Shown here piece after piece: positions 20,614 to 30,485 of a stretch of DNA of 64,000 nucleotides. The notes beneath the pieces were generated by a model. That model made no database searches and was not told where the DNA came from. It was given only the letters and a program-made list of their open reading frames with translations. Positions within the stretch are counted from its first letter, which is position 1; each line of letters starts with the position of its first letter. The translations under genes and the position numbers were made by a program. This DNA is from an uncultured Flavobacteriales bacterium (GTDB taxonomy: Bacteria; Bacteroidota; Bacteroidia; Flavobacteriales_C; GCA-002722245), in contig CAJJCC010000018.1 of the NCBI GenBank assembly GCA_905182585.1, positions 34,857-98,856 of the forward strand, written 5' to 3'.

Positions 20614-21066
20614 CTATTCTCTGTTTTTAGAGTCGATGTTAATCGTTACAGGGCCATCATTAATTAATGCAACTTGCATATCTGCACCAAACCTTCCCGT
20701 TTGAGTTACTTTTCCTGTGTTTTTTGATAATTGATTTACAAAATCAGTACACATTTTTTGTGCAAATTCAGGATTTCCTGATCGAGTAAAACTTGGTCGA
20801 TTTCCTTTTTTTGTGGTTGCGAATAAAGTAAACTGACTCACAACTAAAAACTCTGCATCAATATCCAAAGCAGATTGATTCATTGCAGCTTTATCATCAG
20901 GGAAAATACGAAGTTTACTTATTTTGGATGTCAACCATTCAATATCTTCAGCAGAGTCAGCATCTTCTATTCCTAAAAAAATTAATACTCCTTTTTTAAT
21001 CTCTCCAATTATTTCTCCTTCAACTTTTACAGAAGCCTCTAACACTCTTTGAACAGCTACCCTCAT
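20614..21066 (-). CDS. dtd: D-aminoacyl-tRNA deacylase
   Basis: MRVAVQRV... 150 aa, SQFTL motif. Confidence 0.9.
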   Translation of the reverse strand: MRVAVQRVLEASVKVEGEIIGEIKKGVLIFLGIEDADSAEDIEWLTSKISKLRIFPDDKAAMNQSALDIDAEFLVVSQFTLFATTKKGNRPSFTRSGNPEFAQKMCTDFVNQLSKNTGKVTQTGRFGADMQVALINDGPVTINIDSKNRE

Positions 21067-21992
21067 TAACGATAGTTTTCCTCTTCGTCGTTATTATAAA
21101 TACTTAAATAACTATTGTAGCGTTCTGGAGCTATGACGCCTTCATCAACTGCTGATTTTACAGCGCAATGAGGTTCTTTAACATGTACACAGTTGTGAAA
21201 CTTGCAACCGGATTTAAAGCGTAATAAATCAGGGAAAAAGCTTGCAAGCTCCTCCTTTTCAATATCTACAATGCCTAAACCTCTAATTCCCGGAGTATCA
21301 ATTAAGTTCCCGCCAAAAGGTAAATCGTACATTTCTGCAAAAGTAGTTGTGTGCACACCTTGTTGATGCATTTCAGATATTTCACTAATTGCAATATCTT
21401 CATCAGGCAATAAGTTTTGTAGTAAACTACTTTTTCCAACACCACTATTTCCAGAGATAACAGTTCGTTTTCCTTTTAGTAAAGCCTCAACTTTATCTAA
21501 ATTGATGTTTTCATCAACACTAATAGGTATTAATTGATAGCCTACATCTTTATAAATGGCAGCCCAATCGGCTAATTGCTCTAAATGCTGCTCTTCATAA
21601 ATATCTAACTTATTAATAAGTATTGTTGTTGGGATATTGTATGCCGTCGTGGTTACTAAGAACCGATCAATAAATTCAATAGGAGTTTGAGGTTGCGTAA
21701 TTGTAGCCATTATCACAGCCTGATCTATATTCGATGCTAAAATGTGGTATTGTTTAGAAAGATTAACCGATTTACGAATAAGATAATTCGTTCGTTCTTT
21801 AATTTTGGTAATTACACCCGTATTCTTGTTTTCTTCTGTTTTAAATTCAACAGTATCACCAACAGAAACAGGGTTAGTTACTTTTAACCCTTTAATTCTA
21901 AACTTCCCTTGTAGCCTACAATCAACAGTGTCTCCATCACTACCGCGTACCTTATACCAACTTCCAGTTGATTTATAAACGAGTCCATTCAT
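21066..21992 (-). CDS. rsgA: Ribosome small subunit-dependent GTPase A
   Basis: N-terminal OB fold, circularly permuted GTPase with GNSGVGKSSL, C-terminal zinc finger CKFHNCVHVKEPHCAV. Confidence 0.9.
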   Translation of the reverse strand: MNGLVYKSTGSWYKVRGSDGDTVDCRLQGKFRIKGLKVTNPVSVGDTVEFKTEENKNTGVITKIKERTNYLIRKSVNLSKQYHILASNIDQAVIMATITQPQTPIEFIDRFLVTTTAYNIPTTILINKLDIYEEQHLEQLADWAAIYKDVGYQLIPISVDENINLDKVEALLKGKRTVISGNSGVGKSSLLQNLLPDEDIAISEISEMHQQGVHTTTFAEMYDLPFGGNLIDTPGIRGLGIVDIEKEELASFFPDLLRFKSGCKFHNCVHVKEPHCAVKSAVDEGVIAPERYNSYLSIYNNDEEENYR

Positions 21993-22117
21993 TACTACAA
22001 AAATACTTAATTAAGTCAATAGTCGTTCGTAATTAGCGATTAGGGAAGTTTATTTTTATTTTAGTCATCAATAGTGAACAATCTTATAACTATTCACGCA
22101 CAGTAAATTAACAAAGG

Positions 22118-23023
22118 ATGTCAGTATCTGTAAAAGGAGTTTCAAAAATATATGGAAGTCAAAAGGCTTTAAATAACGTTTCTTTTGAGATCGGGACAGG
22201 TGAAGTAGTTGGCTTTTTAGGTCCGAATGGAGCTGGGAAATCTACGATGATGAAAATCTTAACCAGTTTTATCACACAAAGTGAAGGAGAAGTTAAGGTT
22301 TGTGGAATTGATGTAATTAACAACTCGATTGAGTCACGAAAGAAAATTGGTTACTTACCCGAGCACAATCCCCTTTACTTGGATATGTATGTGAGAGAGT
22401 TTCTTGCATTCATTGCTGATATCCATAAGATTAAAAATAAAAAGGAGAGAGTGAATGAAATGATTGAGTTAACAGGATTAACTCCTGAGAAAACCAAGAA
22501 AATCAAACAACTCTCTAAAGGATACAGGCAAAGAGTAGGATTAGCAGCTGCTTTAATTCATGATCCTGAGGTGCTAATTTTGGATGAACCCACAACAGGC
22601 TTAGATCCAAATCAATTAAAGGAAATTAGAGTACTGATTAAGAATATTGGAGCAACGAAAACAATTATGCTTTCCACACATATAATGCAAGAAGTGGAAG
22701 CTATTTGTGATAGAGCTATTATTATAAAGAACGGTGAAATTGTTGCCGATAATCAAATTGAAGCATTACAGCAAGGTAACTCAGAGGTAATTGTTGAGGT
22801 TGAATTTGAAAAGTCAATCGATCTAAATAAGCTAAGATCAATCGATACAGTAAATCGAATTATCGATTTAGGTGATAATAAGTTCGAAATTTACAGTGAA
22901 GAAAATTCGGATGTTAGACCGCAAATTTCTCAATTTGCAATCGATAACTCCAACCTGGTATTAAGTATGCAGAAACGAGAGCAGAAAATGGAAGATGTAT
23001 TCCAAAACTTAACTAAGGATTAA
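22118..23023 (+). CDS. gldA: ABC transporter ATP-binding protein, GldA-like (gliding motility-associated ABC ATPase)
   Basis: Walker A GPNGAGKST, signature LSKGYRQRV, Walker B ILDEPT; about 300 aa with C-terminal extension as in Flavobacterium GldA; gldA assignment is by resemblance only. Confidence 0.55.
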   Translation: MSVSVKGVSKIYGSQKALNNVSFEIGTGEVVGFLGPNGAGKSTMMKILTSFITQSEGEVKVCGIDVINNSIESRKKIGYLPEHNPLYLDMYVREFLAFIADIHKIKNKKERVNEMIELTGLTPEKTKKIKQLSKGYRQRVGLAAALIHDPEVLILDEPTTGLDPNQLKEIRVLIKNIGATKTIMLSTHIMQEVEAICDRAIIIKNGEIVADNQIEALQQGNSEVIVEVEFEKSIDLNKLRSIDTVNRIIDLGDNKFEIYSEENSDVRPQISQFAIDNSNLVLSMQKREQKMEDVFQNLTKD

Positions 23024-23050
23024 CTATTTTTACAAGACCAATTATTTAGG

Positions 23051-24307
23051 ATGGCAAATTATTTATTTACTTCTGAATCCGTTTCAGAAGGACACCCAGA
23101 TAAAATCGCAGATCAAATTTCTGATGCGCTGATTGATAACTTCTTAGCTTTTGATAAAGATTCAAAGGTTGCATGTGAAACACTTGTTACTACGGGTCAA
23201 GTTATTTTAGCAGGTGAGGTTAAATCGAAAACTTACTTAGATGTTCAACGAATTGCACGTGATGTAATCAAGAAAATTGGATATACGAAGTCGGAATATA
23301 TGTTCGAAGCGAATTCATGTGGAGTTTTATCCGCAATTCATGAACAGTCTGAAGATATTAACCAAGGAGTTGATAGAGCTAATCCTGAAGAGCAAGGAGC
23401 TGGTGACCAAGGAATGATGTTTGGTTATGCGACTAAGGAGACAGAAAACTACATGCCTTTAGCATTAGATTTATCTCATAAAATTCTAATTGAGCACGCT
23501 GAATTAAGACGAGAAGCAAAGCAAATTCCTTATTTACGTCCAGATGCTAAATCTCAAGTGACGATAGAATATTCTGATAAGAATGTTCCATTAAGAATTG
23601 ATTCAATTGTACTTTCTACTCAGCATGATGATTTTGCAGCAGAAGCAACGATGTTAGCTAAAATAAAGGAAGACATAGTTTCTATATTAATTCCACGTTT
23701 AATAGCAAAGCTTCCAGCTAATTTACAAAAGTTGTTTAATGCTGACATTACTTATCACATTAACCCAACTGGTAAATTCGTAATTGGTGGACCTCACGGA
23801 GATACTGGTTTAACAGGAAGAAAAATTATAGTTGATACTTACGGTGGTAAAGGCGCTCACGGTGGTGGTGCGTTTTCAGGAAAAGATCCTTCAAAAGTTG
23901 ATAGATCTGCTGCCTACGCAACACGTCATATCGCTAAAAACTTAGTTGCGGCTGGTGTTTGTGATGAGATTTTAGTGCAAGTTTCTTATGCAATTGGAGT
24001 TGTTGAGCCAATGGGAATTTTTATTAATTCTTATGGTACATCTAAAGTTGGATTGGATGATGGAGAGATTGCTAAGATTGTAGAAAAGGTTTTTGACATG
24101 CGTCCTTATGCTATCGAAACTAGATTGAAGTTAAGAAATCCAATGTATTTAGAATCGGCGGCTTACGGACATATGGGACGTAAAAATGAGGTTGTAAGTA
24201 AAACATTCATTGCAGCTGATGGTTCTGAAAAGACTATGGAGGTTGAATTGTTTACTTGGGAAAAATTAGATTTCGTAGATAAAGTAAAAACAGCGTTCAA
24301 CTTATAA
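23051..24307 (+). CDS. metK: S-adenosylmethionine synthetase
   Basis: [22 protein letters not shown] motifs. Confidence 0.95.
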   Translation: MANYLFTSESVSEGHPDKIADQISDALIDNFLAFDKDSKVACETLVTTGQVILAGEVKSKTYLDVQRIARDVIKKIGYTKSEYMFEANSCGVLSAIHEQSEDINQGVDRANPEEQGAGDQGMMFGYATKETENYMPLALDLSHKILIEHAELRREAKQIPYLRPDAKSQVTIEYSDKNVPLRIDSIVLSTQHDDFAAEATMLAKIKEDIVSILIPRLIAKLPANLQKLFNADITYHINPTGKFVIGGPHGDTGLTGRKIIVDTYGGKGAHGGGAFSGKDPSKVDRSAAYATRHIAKNLVAAGVCDEILVQVSYAIGVVEPMGIFINSYGTSKVGLDDGEIAKIVEKVFDMRPYAIETRLKLRNPMYLESAAYGHMGRKNEVVSKTFIAADGSEKTMEVELFTWEKLDFVDKVKTAFNL

Positions 24308-24329
24308 TTAAACTGCTATTTAAATATAT

Positions 24330-24362
24330 TAATCCCTCAGTTAAAGCTGAGGGATTTTTTTT
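24330..24362 (+). terminator. Rho-independent terminator after metK
   Basis: atccctcag-N-ctgagggat hairpin followed by T8. Confidence 0.6.
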
Positions 24363-24405
24363 CAACAAAATGTTTTAAATTTATCCAATAAAAAAAACTA
24401 CAATT

Positions 24406-24972
24406 ATGGAAAACGATTCAGTATTAGATTTAAACCATACACCAGAAGGGGAATATAAATTAGCAGGATTTTGGATAAGAGTAGGAGCATCCGTTCTTGA
24501 TTCTTTAATTCTAATTCCTATTATAGCGTTAAATATGTATGTGCTATATTTTGTGAAGGACTTTTATATTTACGCATTTGTTGCATTACTTTCATTTGCT
24601 TACAAGCCAATTATGGAAGGCGTTTGGGGAGCTACACTGGGGAAAATGATTTGTAAGTTAAAGGTGACAGATATTAATTTTCAGCAAGTGAATATGTCAA
24701 AAGCATTTGTGAGATCTCTTTTTTGGTTGTTTGCTTCACTTGCTGGACTTCTTGAAATATATCCATTATTTAGTTCGGAAGCATTTATAGCCGCGGATGG
24801 CTGGTTAGATATAGCCGCAGTTCAAGCGCAAGAAGTTTCTGCAGGCTTAAGCTATGTGTTTCAATTATTAATGTTGGTATCGGCCCTTTTTGTAGCTAGT
24901 AAAGCTCGTCAAGGATTACATGATAAGATGGCAGGAACCTATTGCGTATTTGTAGAAAGAAAAATAGATTAG
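24406..24972 (+). CDS. RDD family membrane protein
   Basis: 188 aa, 3 TM segments, conserved ...ARQGLHDKMAGTYCV C-terminal RDD-domain pattern. Confidence 0.7.
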   Translation: MENDSVLDLNHTPEGEYKLAGFWIRVGASVLDSLILIPIIALNMYVLYFVKDFYIYAFVALLSFAYKPIMEGVWGATLGKMICKLKVTDINFQQVNMSKAFVRSLFWLFASLAGLLEIYPLFSSEAFIAADGWLDIAAVQAQEVSAGLSYVFQLLMLVSALFVASKARQGLHDKMAGTYCVFVERKID

Positions 24973-25018
24973 TAAAAATCCCTTAGTTTTAATTGAGGGA
25001 TTTACATAGATTTTAAAC

Positions 25019-25053
25019 GAAAAAAGCCAATTAAAATATAATTGGCTTTTTTC
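25019..25053. terminator. Bidirectional terminator between convergent RDD gene (+) and methyltransferase gene (-)
   Basis: aaaaagccaatt-N-aattggcttttt hairpin with A-run upstream and T-run downstream. Confidence 0.55.
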
Positions 25054-25061
25054 GTTTAAAA

Positions 25062-25841
25062 TTATTTGATTAAAAAATGTTCTTTAATTTTTTCTTTCTT
25101 AAAGAACACAAGTCCAATCCAAAACAAATCAACTGTTAAAGTAACTTCAGGATGGCTTTTAATCTCTTCCCAAGCTTCTTCCATTCCCTTGCTCCAGTGA
25201 ATATCATCAAAGATAAACAAGGTGCCTTCGTGTGCTTTTGGCAGACACCAGTTGAAATAGTCTAGCGTTGGTTTTTTCTGGTGATTACCATCAAAAAAAA
25301 CATAATCTAGTTGATCGTAAGTATTGATAACCTCGGGAAGCGTTTTAGCGAAATCGCCCACTTTTACTTTTAGGTTTTTAGCTTTAAAATTAGAAAGAAC
25401 ACGGTGAGCAACTTTGGCCGTTTCTGGACAACCTTCAAGTGTTGTAAAGTTTGCTGATTTATTTGGCGCAATTTGATAACATCCTGATATTCCTAAAGAT
25501 GTTCCCAATTCAATCATATTCTGAGGTTGAAAGTGATTGATGAGTTTAAATATGATTCGTCCTAAAAAAGGAGCTTTTGCAGAATTGGCTGCGACATCTG
25601 ATATTTTACGTTCGTTGGATTTGTTAATTCTACTTCCAGCTCCAAAATCAGTGATTTTTATAATAGATCGATTATTTTTCAAAGTAGCTCGAATACCTTC
25701 AATCTCCTCAAAAGCGTAAAAATGTTTGTCGTTTTTTATCACGTCAGAAATTAATTCTGATACAAACGGAGAAGTTGAAGTTTGTTTGGCCTTAAACCAA
25801 TACTTAATATACCTAAAAACGAATTGAAATCTTTTAATCAT
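25062..25841 (-). CDS. Class I SAM-dependent methyltransferase (O-methyltransferase-like)
   Basis: Motif I-like MIELGTSLGISG, acidic FDGNHQ region. Confidence 0.65.
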   Translation of the reverse strand: MIKRFQFVFRYIKYWFKAKQTSTSPFVSELISDVIKNDKHFYAFEEIEGIRATLKNNRSIIKITDFGAGSRINKSNERKISDVAANSAKAPFLGRIIFKLINHFQPQNMIELGTSLGISGCYQIAPNKSANFTTLEGCPETAKVAHRVLSNFKAKNLKVKVGDFAKTLPEVINTYDQLDYVFFDGNHQKKPTLDYFNWCLPKAHEGTLFIFDDIHWSKGMEEAWEEIKSHPEVTLTVDLFWIGLVFFKKEKIKEHFLIK

Positions 25842-25869
25842 ACAGACTGTAAAGATAAATTAAAGTTTA

Positions 25870-25900
25870 AATAAAAAGGGAGTTGATTAAACTCCCTTTC
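25870..25900 (-). terminator. Hairpin terminator immediately downstream of the gldM-like gene
   Basis: aagggagtt-N-aactccctt stem; on the minus strand it is followed by U-run; implies gldM-like gene is not co-transcribed with the methyltransferase gene. Confidence 0.5.
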
Positions 25901-25938
25901 TTTCAAACTCCATACCTCAAAAGAGATACTTCCTGACA

Positions 25939-27546
25939 TTATCGAATAATAACAGAAGTATTAATAGTATGAGGGATTCCATCCGGACCCTTTGCTTTAA
26001 TGGTTACGTTTACACTACTTCCTCTAGGTAATCTTGTTAATTGATTGACTACCGATGTAGATATTTTTCCGTTTTTAGCAATTGGAGGAGTGAATATATT
26101 TCCCGAGTTGATGTATTCTAATTCAATTTTTTCAGTCATAGGAGTTGCTGACATTGGGAATGACTTAGGGTATTTTGGTCTTGCCCCGACCGCTTTTAAA
26201 ATTTGGGCTAAAGTGGCAGCCGGAGATTTACCGCCTCTAACACCAGGTATATCAATATATGGCTTAGGAAGTGAAGTTCCTTTCCACTTTTGTTGAGAAA
26301 TAACTTTTGTTACACCATTCATCTTTGTTGAAACTGTGATGTTGATTCTTCCACCTTTTGATGGCCTGAAATAATACTTTCCATTTCCCCTCGAAGTAAC
26401 CCTACAATTATTACTTGCTGTTACAATTAAATCTTCCGACTTCATTCCTGGAGCAGAAATACTAATTTCATTATCTAATCCCATATACATAATATTCAAT
26501 TGATCGGAGGAAATCACAGCACTTGGAGCAGCTACTGTATAGTTGTTTACAAAAGGGTAGATGAGGTATTCACCTTTTCGCTTTGGGTTGGGGTGTGGCA
26601 CTTTCATAATTCCACCCCAAGTGTGGTTTCCGGTTTCATTGGCATCTAATCTTAATTTTCCAATCCCTGCATCTACAGGAAGACTATCAGTAGGTCCTGT
26701 GAATTTTATTTGACCTGTGTTGTTGTAGTAAGCAGTGTCAAAATCTCCAATAATAACAATAGGCTCTTGAGTGGTATCGGCAGCAGCTAAGAAAACATTA
26801 GCACTGTATTGATCGCCTTGTAAAACATATCCATTTTCGGCAATGGAAGTCGCCATTATCTTATTTACTTTATAAGCGTCTTGATTAATCTGTTCGAACA
26901 AATAACTTAGTACTTGGGACTCAGCATTACGAATATAACTTTGAATATTTGTCAAGTTTGCAGTAACAGCAGCTAACGGTAAGTATTCACTAATCCCATT
27001 TTCCCATGGTGAGTTAACACCTTCATAATCAATATGCTCGGGAGTCTTAAGCAATTTATTAATTCCATTAATTACTCCTGTATCCCTTTTGTCAATAAGG
27101 TTGGTAAGTAATATTTTATAATCGCCTATTTTCTGCTTTAAAACCTTCCCATGTCCTTTCACAACAAGATATTCAGCTCCAACATCTTGGTTGTCTTTTC
27201 CTAAGGGAATATGGGTTTCTTCATCCAATCCGCCACCGATATCGATGATGTCATCTTTAAATTTTTCAATCTCATTATAAAGTTGATTAGATGATTTTCC
27301 TATTTCGATCGCATTTTTGTTGGTTTGTGCTGCCAGCTTAGAGCCTGTTGCGGAGGCATTGGATATTTTGGTATAAATCGTTTGATTGGTACTGTTAAAA
27401 TTTTTGGTTGTAACATCAATACCATCTTCCAAAAATATGAATGCGTTTAATAAGTCTTTTGAGGCATTCATCGCGAGCATTGCTAGTAGCACTAGGTACA
27501 TGATACCGATCATTTGTTGACGTGGACTGAGTTTCTCTGCTGACAT
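25939..27546 (-). CDS. gldM: GldM/PorM family protein (T9SS / gliding motility periplasmic rotor-stator component homolog), orphan copy
   Basis: 535 aa; N-terminus MSAEKLSPRQQMIGIMYLVLLAMLAMNASKDLLNAF matches the conserved GldM/PorM N-terminal TM helix motif (PRQKMINLMYLVF... in F. johnsoniae GldM); large beta-rich periplasmic region. Confidence 0.7.
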   Translation of the reverse strand: MSAEKLSPRQQMIGIMYLVLLAMLAMNASKDLLNAFIFLEDGIDVTTKNFNSTNQTIYTKISNASATGSKLAAQTNKNAIEIGKSSNQLYNEIEKFKDDIIDIGGGLDEETHIPLGKDNQDVGAEYLVVKGHGKVLKQKIGDYKILLTNLIDKRDTGVINGINKLLKTPEHIDYEGVNSPWENGISEYLPLAAVTANLTNIQSYIRNAESQVLSYLFEQINQDAYKVNKIMATSIAENGYVLQGDQYSANVFLAAADTTQEPIVIIGDFDTAYYNNTGQIKFTGPTDSLPVDAGIGKLRLDANETGNHTWGGIMKVPHPNPKRKGEYLIYPFVNNYTVAAPSAVISSDQLNIMYMGLDNEISISAPGMKSEDLIVTASNNCRVTSRGNGKYYFRPSKGGRINITVSTKMNGVTKVISQQKWKGTSLPKPYIDIPGVRGGKSPAATLAQILKAVGARPKYPKSFPMSATPMTEKIELEYINSGNIFTPPIAKNGKISTSVVNQLTRLPRGSSVNVTIKAKGPDGIPHTINTSVIIR

Positions 27547-28097
27547 ATATAACTGCTTTTTAAATTATTGCCGAAACAAATCCATTTTGCCGCGACTTCA
27601 GTTATGTAATACATTAGAAATAAAGGGTTACAAAAAAAATGCGGATTTTTGGTATTTAATAAGTTTTTCCCATTGTCTAACGGGTTGTTTTTTTTTTACA
27701 AAAGACTTCAAATTAAAGCACTAAGTCGGGTTTTACTTTTAAGCCTAACATTGAAAAACAAGTAGTTCGTAATACGGTTATTTTTATCAATTTTACTTTT
27801 CTATCCTTTCTGTAGAGCCAGCTTTATTCTTGTTAAAGAATCGATTTTTTGTCTACAGAAATCAACTACACCTCTCTCTAAGTGAGGGTTGAACTAATGT
27901 AAAGTCTTAGTTTTAGAAACATTAATGTTTGTTTTCCCCCTTGAAGTAGCGTGTGGTAATTATTTATTAACTAGAAGTATAACGGATTTCGGGCTTTTAA
28001 TTAAGCCAATAATCTAATTATAATTAATTCCATTTGTAATGTAGAAGTCATGAAACTTTTAACCAGCTCTTTTTACTTTATTTTTTGAAATAAAATG

Positions 28098-28143
28098 CAC
28101 GTTGATTCTTTTTTGAATCGAAGTGAATCCATGAATCAACGTG
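28098..28143 (-). terminator. Perfect 11-bp stem-loop (cacgttgattc ... gaatcaacgtg), probable terminator of the PaaE-like gene
   Basis: 11-nt perfect inverted repeat with 24-nt loop, about 125 nt downstream of the minus-strand stop at 28268; followed on the minus strand by a U/A-rich tract. Confidence 0.4.
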
Positions 28144-28267
28144 TGGGTTTCAATGTTTATCGAAAAATGGTCTACTTTTATTCCACTAATTATCATTTTC
28201 TTACAAAATGAATTAACAGCTTAATTTTTTTCTTTTAAATTGGAACTGTGCCTAAGGGATTCGGCGA

Positions 28268-29347
28268 TTAAAAATCGAAACTAATTTTTACAGATTCAGA
28301 TTTTACTTTAGATTGACATGCTAAGTATTGTCCGCTAGCTACTTCGTCGTCTGACAGCACAATGTTGTTATCCATCGTAAGCTCTCCTTCGCCTTTAATG
28401 CACTTACAAGCTCCACACACACCACCTTGACAAGAAAATGGGATATCGACACCGTTTTTAGTTCCGGCGTCTAAAATCGTTTCTCCTGGTTTAACTGTAA
28501 ACTCGAACGTTTCTCCATCAATCGTTGCAGTAACTAAACTTGACTTATTTGATTTTGAATTCGATTTGGTTTTTTTTAATGTAGTTGTAAAAAGTTCAAA
28601 ATGAATTTGGTTTACAGGGTACTTATGTTTTTTAATTAAGAAATCTCTAATGGCTTCAGTCATTTCCTGTGGGCCACAGATGAATACTTCATTCGTGTTT
28701 GAAATGGGCGCGAATTCTTTGAATATTTTTTTAATTTTCCTTCCTTCAATTCTCCCTGAATGAAATCTAGAATCACCTTTTTCAGCACTAAATAATAAGT
28801 GAAAATTTAAACGGTTATTGTATTCTTTACTTAGTTCTTCTAATTCAGTTTTAAATATTGTTTGGCTGGCTGTTTTGTTACCATAAAATAGGTTTACAGA
28901 ACTATTAGGTTCGTCCTCTAAAATTGTTTTAGCAATGGATATAACAGGTGTAATTCCACTACCGGCAGCAATTAATGTGTAATTTTTTTTATTGTCCGCT
29001 TCCGTATTTACAACAAACCCACCAGCTGGAACACCAACCTCTATCGTGTCATTGTTTTTTAGAGTACTGTTAGCGTATGTAGAGAAAACACCATTTTCTA
29101 CTTGTTTAACTACTACTTTTAAAATGCCTGATTTTGGTGAGGAGCAAATAGAATAAGATCTTCTTACTTCATTACCACCTATTTCAGTTTTTAACGTTAA
29201 AAATTGTCCTGAAAGAAATTGAAAATCTTCTTTTAAAGAAGACGGAACTTCAAACTCGATAGAAACAGCTTCAGTAGTTTCTTTTTGGATGTTTTTAATT
29301 GCTAATGAGTGAAACATAGTAGAAAAATTAAAATGTTGTTTAAACAA
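28268..29347 (-). CDS. FNR-type oxidoreductase with C-terminal 2Fe-2S ferredoxin domain (PaaE/PaaK-like reductase)
   Basis: RxYS FAD motif (RRSYSICS), NAD(P) site GSGITP, C-terminal CQGGVCGACKC cluster; 359 aa. Confidence 0.75.
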   Translation of the reverse strand: MFKQHFNFSTMFHSLAIKNIQKETTEAVSIEFEVPSSLKEDFQFLSGQFLTLKTEIGGNEVRRSYSICSSPKSGILKVVVKQVENGVFSTYANSTLKNNDTIEVGVPAGGFVVNTEADNKKNYTLIAAGSGITPVISIAKTILEDEPNSSVNLFYGNKTASQTIFKTELEELSKEYNNRLNFHLLFSAEKGDSRFHSGRIEGRKIKKIFKEFAPISNTNEVFICGPQEMTEAIRDFLIKKHKYPVNQIHFELFTTTLKKTKSNSKSNKSSLVTATIDGETFEFTVKPGETILDAGTKNGVDIPFSCQGGVCGACKCIKGEGELTMDNNIVLSDDEVASGQYLACQSKVKSESVKISFDF

Positions 29348-29387
29348 ATGTAAAAAAGTAATTACTTTGTAGCTATGATTTTATCGA

Positions 29388-30485
29388 ATGGTTTATAAGT
29401 TAATTCAATATATATTAAGAGTATATCTTCCAGTTTTCTTTAAGAGATTGGAATTTAGAGGGTTGAGCAACGTGCCGAAGGATAAGCCAGTTATTTTTGC
29501 TGTGAATCATCAAAATGCATTTTTGGATGGTATTTTGGTTGCATTGAAATTAAACCGTCCAATATACTTCTTAACGCGCTCTGATGTGTTTAAAGGTAAA
29601 TTAACGGTTAAAGTTTTGAATGCTTTAAATTTAATCCCAATTTTTCGGCAACAAGATAGAACGGGAGATATAAAAGAAAACAATCGGAAAACATTCCAGT
29701 ACTGCATTGATAAGTTGGAGAATAGCGGGGCTGTGTTGATTTTTCCTGAGGGAGTTAGTGAGCCAATTCATCATTGTTTTAATTTGAAAAAAGGTGTAGC
29801 ACGTTTGGCTTTTGAAGCTGAAGAGCAAAATAATTTTAAATTAAAATTACATGTTGTTCCGGTTGCTATAAATTATGAAAACCACTTCATAGCGGGGAAG
29901 AAAGTGTTTGTCAGTTTTTTAAGACCAATATTAATGTCCGAATATAGGAATGTATTTAACGACTCTAAGTCACGTGCTCAGTCAGTATTTCTTAAGCGAC
30001 TTCAGGGGGAGTTACGTGCAAATTTAATTCACATATCAGGAGATTACACAAGGTTTAAGAGAAGGTATTGGAAAGGCATAGTTCTCCAGTCTAGGAATGA
30101 CATGGAAATGATTGCTGCTGTGAAATCTATTCCACAAGAAAAAGGTTTAAATAAAGACGGGTATAATTGGAAACTCGATAAATATAAGTACAACAGACCA
30201 CGATCTTCTTTTGCTAAGATTTTTTCATTCCTAATATCGTTGCCAGGATTTATTATTTTTTCACCAACAATTTTAATAACAAAACTATTGGTTTTAAAGG
30301 TCAAGGATGCAGCTTTTTACCTTTCGGTAGTTTGCTTAAGCTGGTTGCTTTTTGGGCTTATTCAGCTTACGATTATTGCTTTTTATTTATGGAGTATAAG
30401 TGAATTGGAATTTTTTATTGCCAGTATGTTGGTTGTTCAATTACTAGGATACCTTTCCATTAAAAACTTTTATAAGATATTTTAA
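29388..30485 (+). CDS. PlsC-family acyltransferase with C-terminal membrane domain (lysophospholipid acyltransferase-like)
   Basis: HX4D motif NHQNAFLD and IFPEG motif; 3-4 C-terminal TM helices. Confidence 0.72.
   Translation: MVYKLIQYILRVYLPVFFKRLEFRGLSNVPKDKPVIFAVNHQNAFLDGILVALKLNRPIYFLTRSDVFKGKLTVKVLNALNLIPIFRQQDRTGDIKENNRKTFQYCIDKLENSGAVLIFPEGVSEPIHHCFNLKKGVARLAFEAEEQNNFKLKLHVVPVAINYENHFIAGKKVFVSFLRPILMSEYRNVFNDSKSRAQSVFLKRLQGELRANLIHISGDYTRFKRRYWKGIVLQSRNDMEMIAAVKSIPQEKGLNKDGYNWKLDKYKYNRPRSSFAKIFSFLISLPGFIIFSPTILITKLLVLKVKDAAFYLSVVCLSWLLFGLIQLTIIAFYLWSISELEFFIASMLVVQLLGYLSIKNFYKIF

Noticed and set aside
24966-25003. Second hairpin (aaatccc...gggattt) right after the RDD gene
   Set aside because: The stem is only 7 bp with a 14-nt loop. 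The stronger bidirectional hairpin at 25019-25053 explains termination.
27547-28267. Possible degraded gldL pseudogene upstream of the GldM-like gene
   Set aside because: No ORF of 60 aa or more in any of six frames across 720 bp, and the sequence is AT-rich with homopolymer runs and hairpins. That looks like genuine non-coding DNA rather than a decayed 215-aa gene.
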